The notes under the pieces: generated by a model
The model's database searches: none
Told to the model about the DNA's origin: nothing
What the model saw: only the letters and a program-made list of their open reading frames with translations
Shown here: positions 35,959 to 43,966 of the stretch, one piece after another
Position numbering within the stretch: the stretch's first letter is position 1
Layout: every line of letters starts with the position of its first letter
Program-made: the position numbers and the translations under genes
Assembly: GCA_001780895.1 (NCBI GenBank)
Contig: MFJJ01000033.1
Span: 1-44,038, forward strand
Direction: 5' to 3'
Length of the DNA: 44,038 nt
Source: Candidatus Gottesmanbacteria bacterium RIFCSPHIGHO2_01_FULL_46_14
GTDB taxonomy: Bacteria; Patescibacteriota; Microgenomatia; UBA10105; UBA927

Positions 35959-38140
35959 TGGGGGATCGATATTCAGGTAGCTCTGGTAGCGCCTCGGGAG
36001 CAGGAGTCGATTCGAACACTTCCACGTTATCAATGTAGCTTGTGTACGGGTAAGCAGGGTTTTTACGCTGAAAACTCACCGTCATAAAGCGAGCGTTTTG
36101 GGGTGCTTTAGCGCTGACCTCTACCTTGTCCCACTGGCCGGAAGCGGTCGCTCTTTGAGAAATGGCTACATCCATGCTCATGAGTGAAAGAGTTTTGGCT
36201 GACGCATCGGGATAAAAATCGATGCGCAGGAACCCGTCTTCCTGTTCAGGCTGGCTCGTGACATTTTTTATCCATCCGGAAGCTGTATAGTGTTTGTCGG
36301 CAGTGACAGCAAGGGGATCAGAAACCACTTTGGTTGTTGCGTCGCCTCCTCCCGGGGGGACTTGCATGGAGCCGGTATCGTTTTTGCCCGTTGTAGTCCA
36401 CTGGGGGGTCATGGGTGATAGTTGAAACGGGTCTACCGGATGCCAGAGAGTCATTGCGTTCTCAAAGCGAAAACGACTTACCATAGCGTCAAGCGAAATG
36501 GGCGGGCGCGGAATTTTAAATACCAGATATCCAAATTCACGTCCTTGCCACGGTTTGTAAAATTCAGCGACAGTATGAGGGATGAGTTCCCGTAACGTCA
36601 ACCCGTAAAAGCTTTCGAGAATATAATCATAGGGTACTTCTCCATACTTGAGAAGCCAGGTTTGTCTCGGAAATTGCCTCCACCAGTAAGTGACACTCTG
36701 AAATTGTTGTATGAGAAGTATGGCAAAATCAGTTCTCTCCTTTGAAAATTCAGCTAACGAATTTGGGCCTTTGGAGTAGTCCCACTCCGAAACGTTTATG
36801 TTTTTGTTTTTGATCGCGTCCTGGCCCTTGAAGTTCATAAAAAAGAACAATTGATACGTTCGGACGTTGCTGTTCGCCGGTAATTTTTCAATAAACCAAT
36901 TGGCCAGATCGTTTATGTTCCAGTCCTTACGAAAGCTTTTGTCAAGGAGGATGACATTTTTGATAGGCTGCACATTAACCAACACTAAAAGTAATGCGAT
37001 GATGATCACAGAGATTTGTGACGATTTCAAAATCGGTTTAACGAGAGAATAAAATCCGTACGCCGCCAACAGCATAATATATGGCATTGGAGTAATAAAA
37101 TTTCTTGAAAATATGCCGCCATTACTAAAGTACGTCATAAAAACAATGAAAGAGCCGGCAAATGCCAGGATAAGAAAAAGTTTCAGTTTTTCTTTGAAAA
37201 ATAGGAAGATGGTACCTATCACGACGAGAACTGACGGCAATCGATCAACTCCCCAATGAAACAGGTAAAAATAGTGATACATGCGAAATCCGAGCGCTCC
37301 TATTTGATAGCGTCCCACGTCCTGCCGATTTCGAAAAAAGGCGTTTTCAATATTGGGAAAATAATACGGATTGATGATGACAAACGTAGCAAGCGCGGCA
37401 GCTACCGCCAACCAGGCATTTTTTCCTATAATATAGAAGAAATTTTTTTTTCGAATGGCCCATACGATATGCACAAGAAGTACCGGTAGGGCCGCAAATG
37501 GTTGGTATTTTAGTGAAAAGGTCAACGCAACAGCCATGCCAGCAAAGACGTATCGTTTGGCCTTATTTTTTTCCAGGAGGAGCACAGACGCATAAAGGGT
37601 CAAAAGTGCAGCAAACGCGTTAATTATATCGGGTAAACCAAAGAGACTGCCTAAGACATGCCTGTGGTTGATTGCTAGAAAAAATGCCGCAAACAGGCCA
37701 ACGGATGTATTAAATAATTTTTTCCCAACGACATAAAGAAGGATAATCGTCGCTGATCCGATGAAAGCAGAGATATATCGGGACCAATACATAGCGTATA
37801 CCATGCGCAAACCAAAAATAGATTTTTCATATATCTCAAAAACCCTGGGGTTGAGCGTAATAAAATTCCATAGACTATTGGGCTCTGTGACAAACAGATG
37901 CAATAAACTGATTGGAATGAAAATATTGCGATACACAAGTGCGTGAATGAGAGCCATGCCCGCCGGATAGTCGAATCGGTCGGGCTTCCAGTTATTGAGA
38001 TTCATGTAAATTGCAGTGACAAAACTCGTCGGCTCGTCTGGATGGTAGGGGTTATAGCCGGGATACACTGCGGCAAATCGCACCGCAAAGCCGATCATAA
38101 TGACGGCAACTACTAAAAGCACATTTTTTTTAAACCTCAT
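35921..38140 (-). CDS. GT-C glycosyltransferase (ArnT/PMT_2-like) with C-terminal CBM4/9-like beta-sandwich
   Basis: YHPDEP, FDYP, SR, LPD, LKY. The C-terminus FEN...W...HYTASGWIK...GQW..V....AP.NAR...YIDNV is typical of galactose-binding-like CBMs. Confidence 0.8.
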   Translation of the reverse strand: MRFKKNVLLVVAVIMIGFAVRFAAVYPGYNPYHPDEPTSFVTAIYMNLNNWKPDRFDYPAGMALIHALVYRNIFIPISLLHLFVTEPNSLWNFITLNPRVFEIYEKSIFGLRMVYAMYWSRYISAFIGSATIILLYVVGKKLFNTSVGLFAAFFLAINHRHVLGSLFGLPDIINAFAALLTLYASVLLLEKNKAKRYVFAGMAVALTFSLKYQPFAALPVLLVHIVWAIRKKNFFYIIGKNAWLAVAAALATFVIINPYYFPNIENAFFRNRQDVGRYQIGALGFRMYHYFYLFHWGVDRLPSVLVVIGTIFLFFKEKLKLFLILAFAGSFIVFMTYFSNGGIFSRNFITPMPYIMLLAAYGFYSLVKPILKSSQISVIIIALLLVLVNVQPIKNVILLDKSFRKDWNINDLANWFIEKLPANSNVRTYQLFFFMNFKGQDAIKNKNINVSEWDYSKGPNSLAEFSKERTDFAILLIQQFQSVTYWWRQFPRQTWLLKYGEVPYDYILESFYGLTLRELIPHTVAEFYKPWQGREFGYLVFKIPRPPISLDAMVSRFRFENAMTLWHPVDPFQLSPMTPQWTTTGKNDTGSMQVPPGGGDATTKVVSDPLAVTADKHYTASGWIKNVTSQPEQEDGFLRIDFYPDASAKTLSLMSMDVAISQRATASGQWDKVEVSAKAPQNARFMTVSFQRKNPAYPYTSYIDNVEVFESTPAPEALPELPEYRSPIKWRDAFYHSFL

Positions 38141-40203
38141 AGTGGATTATTTTTCAGCCGATATACCCTTATGTCTTGGATTGCCGCTAAACAATCGTCG
38201 GATACATATGAATTTAGAGTAATTGACTTGGCCTCTTCTGCCGCTAGTAGGTAGAACGGCTTTGGGTAGAGAAATTCTTCAAATATTTTATACCTTCTCG
38301 CTGGAATAACAATAGGGCTCTTTTTATTATTTCCGGTTTGGAAGGTAAAGCTTCCAACTATAGTGTCTTCTCTGCTGCATGAATTTGGCAGGTCAAGTTC
38401 TAACCTCGTGACAAAACTTTGCTCCGGTAAGTTTACCTGCGCCCCATAGAGATTTGACGTAAAGGTTATTCCGGCGACGGCCTCTTCCTCTTGGAGATAC
38501 CCCTTTTTCGTATGCTCTTTGTCATTTTTCCATATTTTCATAAGCGGAATGCCGTCTTCAGTTATGATGTAGACAGGATTTAGAAAATTTTCAACATACC
38601 GCATCGGGTACCACATGAGCCTGTCTTCAATTTGGGCTGTACTAATAATGTATTCCCCTTTCCGAAGCGTCCCGCTTACCGGATCATCGGTATAGGCGAT
38701 ATCGTTTCGTACCCAAACTCTCGGTAAATTAGAGTTTAATTCATAGCCTAAGACTAATGTGGCGTTGGGTTCGGCATATCTATTTAGCCAAAGGACCGCT
38801 TGTCTATACTCGTTGCCTAAACTTTCGCCCGCACCCGGTATACTTTTTTCTTCCGCGCCTTTAAGACCACCGATCAGCGGATTGAAGTAGAGACTCTCGT
38901 TGGGGTGCATGGAGATCATCTTGAGGGTGATGGGGATAAACGAAAGAAAAATGAGGATCTGAAGTAAAAAACTATAATCTTTATACTGTTTATAACGAGT
39001 ATAGTTTTTATATATTTTTATCAAAAATCCTGCTCCTATCCCCGCGAGGATGGCCATGGGGGGGATGTACTCCATAATCTGTCGGACGCCGCTGTAGATA
39101 ACGGCTCGTGGAAACATGACACGAATTATTGGAACCAAGAACCAAAAGAGAACGAGGAAAAAGGCGTTTTTAGCTATTCCTTTGAGCTTAAATCCGAAAA
39201 TAATACCAAGGAGCCAATAAAGGAGAATTATCAAGGGTGTTGCAAACAGGACATAGTAGAGCGGGTATACCTTAAGTCCAGCGCTTGCAGATGTTCCGAT
39301 TTTTTTATAATACGCAATTGACGCCAACAGAAGTTTTGGTTCAAACCAACTTGCAGGATAGCTACCCACCCAAACGAGTACAAATATCAGCGGAATGAAC
39401 AAACACCATACAATGAATAGACGATTGTTACGTATAAATTCATGGATTTTGACCATACCGGTTTTACGAAACGCAGGGATGATCATGGTCGATATCCAAG
39501 GCAAAAATATAAAAATACTGAAAAGGAAATTAAATTTTGTCGCAAACGCCATAGCGCCTACGAGAGAGAATGCTATGAGATACTTGAGGCTCATTTTAGT
39601 TACTGCAAAAAAGAAGAGGTAGATACTTAAGCTGAAATAAACCGTTTCCGGAATATCTTTCACATTAAAATGCAGCTCTCCCCAATAGAGGGGAAACAAC
39701 GCAAGAGAGAGGGAGGCAATGAGACCGGAAAACCAGCCGAATATTTTCTCGACCCAAAGAAATGTGGCTAAAACCAACAATGCTCCGAGAAGCACCGAAT
39801 AGAAATTATACGAATAGACATCAGAAGCTATCCCGAGTTTTTGGAAAAAAATGTAATTGCTTACGGCGGCTATCATATCGCTAAATACCGGGTGATTGCC
39901 TCGATTTTCGATATCGTCTATGTAGAAAGAAAATGGCATGAACTGATACATGCTTCGGCGGATAACGGTGTGTGTTTTTTCGTCTTTGAACACATACCCA
40001 AAGTCTTGGACATAGCTTCCCCCCTCCAGGTCAGGTAAGTTAGAAAAATCCTTTTTACCCGTTAAAACATAGTTGAGAAACGTCTGTCCCCTGATAAAGT
40101 GGGCACCTTCATCCCAGTTGACTCCGTAGTTAGGAAGGGTTGCAATTGCTAGTATCAAGTAAAGAACGCAAAAGACGTATGGAAGCAGTCTAGATAATTT
40201 CAT
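38137..40203 (-). CDS. GT-C glycosyltransferase (ArnT/PMT_2-like, NWDE subfamily) with C-terminal beta domain
   Basis: YGVNWDE..HF.RGQ, HP, FNVKDIPE, ATKFN, IY.GVRQIME, YFNPL.GG. Paralog of 41921..43966. Confidence 0.85.
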   Translation of the reverse strand: MKLSRLLPYVFCVLYLILAIATLPNYGVNWDEGAHFIRGQTFLNYVLTGKKDFSNLPDLEGGSYVQDFGYVFKDEKTHTVIRRSMYQFMPFSFYIDDIENRGNHPVFSDMIAAVSNYIFFQKLGIASDVYSYNFYSVLLGALLVLATFLWVEKIFGWFSGLIASLSLALFPLYWGELHFNVKDIPETVYFSLSIYLFFFAVTKMSLKYLIAFSLVGAMAFATKFNFLFSIFIFLPWISTMIIPAFRKTGMVKIHEFIRNNRLFIVWCLFIPLIFVLVWVGSYPASWFEPKLLLASIAYYKKIGTSASAGLKVYPLYYVLFATPLIILLYWLLGIIFGFKLKGIAKNAFFLVLFWFLVPIIRVMFPRAVIYSGVRQIMEYIPPMAILAGIGAGFLIKIYKNYTRYKQYKDYSFLLQILIFLSFIPITLKMISMHPNESLYFNPLIGGLKGAEEKSIPGAGESLGNEYRQAVLWLNRYAEPNATLVLGYELNSNLPRVWVRNDIAYTDDPVSGTLRKGEYIISTAQIEDRLMWYPMRYVENFLNPVYIITEDGIPLMKIWKNDKEHTKKGYLQEEEAVAGITFTSNLYGAQVNLPEQSFVTRLELDLPNSCSREDTIVGSFTFQTGNNKKSPIVIPARRYKIFEEFLYPKPFYLLAAEEAKSITLNSYVSDDCLAAIQDIRVYRLKNNPL
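38893..39099 (-). repeat. Copy 1 of a near-identical intragenic tract (inverted partner at 43034..43213), with a 27-nt insertion
   Basis: Manual alignment: 12 mismatches in 180 aligned nt, plus a 27-nt insert at 38974-39000. Confidence 0.9.
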
Positions 40204-40221
40204 TGTTGGTAAGCGATGATT

Positions 40222-40231
40222 ATTGTATCAT
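40222..40231. promoter_or_regulatory. Overlapping divergent -10-like boxes
   Basis: Plus-strand TATCAT 40226-40231 is 6 nt before ATG 40238. Minus-strand TGaTACAAT (40227-40222) is 18 nt before ATG 40203. Confidence 0.45.
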
Positions 40232-40237
40232 GGACGT

Positions 40238-41401
40238 ATGAAAAAATTGTTAATAACAGCATTTATTGGTTCTGCAAATCTTGGGGACAATGCTATTTTT
40301 GTGGCTATATCCCAACATTTATTGAGTAATAAAACTATCAGCCTTTCAGCATTTACTTCAAATATACGAAGACATACTCATATGGAGCCTGTCCGTTTCA
40401 TTCAAACTATCAATCCTATAAGAATCATATCAGAGATCGCGCGTTGTGACCTGTTGGTTATCGGCGGTGGAGGTATCATTCAAGATGAAACAACAGCATA
40501 CAATCTCATTCGCCATACCTATAAAGCATTGATTGCAATACTCCTTCGAAAGAAATTCATGTTTTACGCAGTTGGCGTAAGCCGGCTTAGGTCTTTGGTT
40601 AATCGCATGCTCGCGCGTTTTGTCCTTGAGAGAGCTGTTGCCGTCACCGTGAGGGATGAAGAATCAAAAAATATTATTCGATCATTAGGAGTAGACCGAG
40701 AAGTATTCGTCACAGCCGATCCCGTAGTGAATTTACGCATCAACAAGCTCGCTCCGTTCCCAAAATCACCGAAGAGGTACATCGTCGTTTGTCTGCGGCA
40801 CTGGTTTGACATCAACCGGTATATCCCGGTGGCTGTGGTAAACAAAATACACTATAGATCCCAAACGAATAAAAAGAAATATGAAGCGTTTCTTGCGGTG
40901 ATCGCTCCATTTTTTGACTGGCTCGTGAGCCGGTATAACTATACCATTATGTTTATGCCTTTCTTCGATCAGCGGGATGACGTGGTGCACGCAGACGTTA
41001 TGAAACACATGAAGCAGCCAGACAGCTGTATAAACATAGGCAGACAGCCGTCGCTTGAAGAAGTGTATACTCGTATCGCCGGCGCCAGTTTTGTTTTAGG
41101 CATGCGTCTTCATTCGTTGATAATCTCCTCGACCCAAAATACGCCGTTTATCGCTCTGACGTACGCACGGAAAGTTTCTAGCTTTGTCGATGAACTATCG
41201 CTTTCAACGTATAGTCTAGGACTTGAAAAGCTTACGGTGTCAGAGCTTGAGGATGTGTGCATCAAGCTCCACTCTGAAAGGACTCATATACAATCTACGC
41301 TCAAACGCAGGTTCGCTGTTTTACAAAGGAGAGAGAAGAGCAATGTCAGAATTTTACGAAAAGTGCTTACTGCAGCGAGTATTCTGCCTCAAGAATGTTA
41401 A
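40238..41401 (+). CDS. Polysaccharide pyruvyl transferase (CsaB/WcaK family)
   Basis: G..NLGDNAI, IGGGGIIQDET, VRDEES, TADP, GMRLHSLI, Y..KV. Start placed at ATG 40238. Confidence 0.9.
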   Translation: MKKLLITAFIGSANLGDNAIFVAISQHLLSNKTISLSAFTSNIRRHTHMEPVRFIQTINPIRIISEIARCDLLVIGGGGIIQDETTAYNLIRHTYKALIAILLRKKFMFYAVGVSRLRSLVNRMLARFVLERAVAVTVRDEESKNIIRSLGVDREVFVTADPVVNLRINKLAPFPKSPKRYIVVCLRHWFDINRYIPVAVVNKIHYRSQTNKKKYEAFLAVIAPFFDWLVSRYNYTIMFMPFFDQRDDVVHADVMKHMKQPDSCINIGRQPSLEEVYTRIAGASFVLGMRLHSLIISSTQNTPFIALTYARKVSSFVDELSLSTYSLGLEKLTVSELEDVCIKLHSERTHIQSTLKRRFAVLQRREKSNVRILRKVLTAASILPQEC

Positions 41402-41918
41402 GCTCGTTCTCATTTCTTTGCGAAAATTCCAGAATTTTTTGTAGCTCTTGTTGGATGTCGCCGGAGGATTTATCGATCATTGATTGGATGACTTGGAGAT
41501 GATATGGATATGCGTCGTGTGCAAGCTTCGTTATGTTTAGATCCAGGGAGTCAGTGGAATCGGCCACGACCTTGAGTGTGTTGACAAATAAGGTCATGTA
41601 GTTCTCTCCCCGAAATGCGGTGTGAAGTGCAAGCGGACCGTTACCCTTCTCCAGCACTTTCACAGCAGTTGTCAGTTCCCGATCAGCCAATGCAACGTAT
41701 TTGCGTGCTTTGGTATACGGATTGGGTGATAAAATGAGTGAAATCCTGTCCAGAGCTAGTCTGATTTTATAAAGCGGGCTATCGGGTAAAAGGTTTGTTT
41801 CTGGTGCTTGGTAAACAACCTGCGGTTGCACCGAAGGAACAGGTGAGGGAGAAATCTGTGCGTTGGCCTGGGATGAAACCGTCAGAAGAATGAAAAAAGC
41901 AGCAAATAATCGTTTCAT
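41367..41918 (-). CDS. Secreted helical protein, DUF5667-like, with Pro/Ser-rich N-terminal linker
   Basis: Signal peptide ending ANA, QISPSPVPSVQP, LLPDSPLYKI...D.I.L.L...KA.....ADREL. Confidence 0.75.
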   Translation of the reverse strand: MKRLFAAFFILLTVSSQANAQISPSPVPSVQPQVVYQAPETNLLPDSPLYKIRLALDRISLILSPNPYTKARKYVALADRELTTAVKVLEKGNGPLALHTAFRGENYMTLFVNTLKVVADSTDSLDLNITKLAHDAYPYHLQVIQSMIDKSSGDIQQELQKILEFSQRNENELNILEAEYSLQ

Positions 41919-41920
41919 AG

Positions 41921-43966
41921 ATGAACACTATCACAAAAATATTCTATAATCAAGCACCAGTTGGGTATATCCTTTCCCAAATATACATGAAAAGCAACCG
42001 AATGACACTATCTATACTTTTGGCGGTGGTATTTTTTGGAATTGGGCTCTCTAGTTTGCCCCACTATGGAGTGAATTGGGATGAACCGGTGCATTTTGGT
42101 CGAGGACAAGCGATACTTCATTATTTTTTTACCGGGAAAAAAGACTATGCTGATTTGGAAAAATTCCAGCCGGCGAGGAGAAGTTTTTATCAGAGCGAGG
42201 CATATACGTTTAACTTTTTTGAAAAAAAATTTACAGCCGCTGACCCTTTGACCGTTGGCGGCCACCCACCCTTGAGTGGTTTTTTGGCAACAATATCGAA
42301 TGTAATTTTTTACCAAAAATTGGGAATTTTGGGAGATATCGAAGCATATCATTTGTATGGTGTATTTGTTTCAGCGGTGTTTATTGGAATTATCTTTTAT
42401 TTTGTTCACGATATTTATGGGCCTTTCATAGCAATGGTTGCTACAATTTCTTTGATGACGTATCCGCTTTTTTTGGGAGAAAGCCGTTTTAATATCAAAG
42501 ATCCACCAGAGGCATGTTATTTCGGTATCACGTTAATTTGTTTTTACTATACTGTCGTGAGAAACAGACCGGGATGGATACTTTTCACAGCTATCTTTTT
42601 TGGATTAGGATTGGCGACTAAGCTCAATATTGTGTTTGCGTTACCCATTATGTTTTTTTGGGCCGTCGTCGTGGGTAGAAGAATATTACCCCGTTGGATT
42701 TTTGTAGTTCCTTTGATTGGAGCAGTAATTTTTTTCGTCGCTTGGCCGATGTTGTGGATGGATCCAGTGAGCCGAATCCTAAAAGTATTTGAGTACTATA
42801 CATCAATTGGGACTAATGCTGGTTTTGATCCGCGGTATTTGACCATTTTCCGTTTTAATACGTACGCGTTGCAATGGATTCTCTATACGACACCCGTAGG
42901 CACATTATTTTTTAGTTTCTTGGGTATATTTTATGCAGTACGAAGCGTAAAAAAAGATAAAAATAAACTTTCGCTCCTACTTCTCTTGTGGTTTTTCGTT
43001 CCGCTCGCAAGAGTTACCGTTCCTAACGCCAATATCTACGGCGGCGTCCGGCAGATCATGGAGTACATCCCCCCCATGGCTATCCTTGCGGGGATAGGAG
43101 CAGGATTTTTGATAAAAATATATAAAAATTATAGTTTTTTACTTCAAATCCTCATTCTTCTCTCGTTTGTCCCCATCACCCTCAAGATGATCTCCATGTA
43201 TCCCAACGAGAGTGTATACTTTAATCCATTAATAGGTGGGCTGAAGGGAGCTAAAGAGCGCAACATTCCTGGTTGGGGCAATTCTCTCGGGAGCACGTAC
43301 CGGCAGGGAATCAGATGGATCAATACCTACGCCCAGCGGGAGGCGAAGATTGCTACTCTTTTTGGCCTTCGTAGTAATATTGCTCTTACTGACATCCGAG
43401 CAGATATCGAGTTTGAAAGTCAATTTCGTAGCGGAATCATGCGTCAAGGAGAATACATCATTGGACCCACACATGAAGGAAGTCAAGAAGACTCATATCT
43501 GTATAAATATCTTGAACGCTTTCTTGAACCTGCCTATCAACTTAAGGCACAAGGGGTGCCTATTCTCAAGGTGTGGAAAAATGATCTCGCGCATACCAAA
43601 GAGGATTACCAAAATGAAAAAAAAATCATAGGGGCACCATCGTATTCCCAAAACGGGAAAACACTCATTGTTGATGCAGGCAGTTTGGTTAAGTTTACCA
43701 AAGTAGATATACGATACCCTCCCTCCTCTTGCTTACCGCCGAGAGAGGGTTATATTGAATATTCGACTGATGGAGAGCGCTGGTCGCGAGAAGGAAATGA
43801 TCTGGCCCACCGCCCCATCCCTTTTTGGTTTCAAACCGAACCCGATCCTGGGACGTTTCAGTTTTTGTTTGCAGCGGAACCCGCCCGTTATATCCAATTT
43901 GTTAACATAGATCCAAGCTCGTGTTTGTTTAAAAAACCGTTGCATGTGACTATCTCATATTTATGA
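41921..43966 (+). CDS. GT-C glycosyltransferase (NWDE subfamily) with C-terminal discoidin/F5-8-like domain
   Basis: YGVNWDEPVHF.RGQ, GHPPL, FNIKDPPE, ATKLN; C-terminal IEYSTDGERW...PARYIQF. The true start may be ATG 41987. Confidence 0.85.
   Translation: MNTITKIFYNQAPVGYILSQIYMKSNRMTLSILLAVVFFGIGLSSLPHYGVNWDEPVHFGRGQAILHYFFTGKKDYADLEKFQPARRSFYQSEAYTFNFFEKKFTAADPLTVGGHPPLSGFLATISNVIFYQKLGILGDIEAYHLYGVFVSAVFIGIIFYFVHDIYGPFIAMVATISLMTYPLFLGESRFNIKDPPEACYFGITLICFYYTVVRNRPGWILFTAIFFGLGLATKLNIVFALPIMFFWAVVVGRRILPRWIFVVPLIGAVIFFVAWPMLWMDPVSRILKVFEYYTSIGTNAGFDPRYLTIFRFNTYALQWILYTTPVGTLFFSFLGIFYAVRSVKKDKNKLSLLLLLWFFVPLARVTVPNANIYGGVRQIMEYIPPMAILAGIGAGFLIKIYKNYSFLLQILILLSFVPITLKMISMYPNESVYFNPLIGGLKGAKERNIPGWGNSLGSTYRQGIRWINTYAQREAKIATLFGLRSNIALTDIRADIEFESQFRSGIMRQGEYIIGPTHEGSQEDSYLYKYLERFLEPAYQLKAQGVPILKVWKNDLAHTKEDYQNEKKIIGAPSYSQNGKTLIVDAGSLVKFTKVDIRYPPSSCLPPREGYIEYSTDGERWSREGNDLAHRPIPFWFQTEPDPGTFQFLFAAEPARYIQFVNIDPSSCLFKKPLHVTISYL
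43034..43213 (+). repeat. Copy 2 of the near-identical intragenic tract (inverted partner at 38893..39099)
   Basis: Includes perfect matches of 41, 29 and 23 nt to the reverse complement of copy 1. Confidence 0.9.

Noticed and set aside
36003-36022. GTTCGAATC on the minus strand resembling a tRNA T-loop or att site
   Set aside because: No T-stem, acceptor stem or CCA; it encodes VFES inside a CDS, and no integrase is nearby.
37443-43625. Homopolymer runs (T9 at 37443, A9 at 43617, C7 in both tract copies, several A8/T8 elsewhere) as phase-variation sites
   Set aside because: All genes are in frame, and such runs are expected from Phe, Lys and Pro codons in AT-rich membrane genes. Read-level length variation would be needed.
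29-43945. Many short 60-150 aa alternative-frame and antisense ORFs
   Set aside because: All lie within longer CDSs with clear family motifs and show no recognisable motifs themselves.
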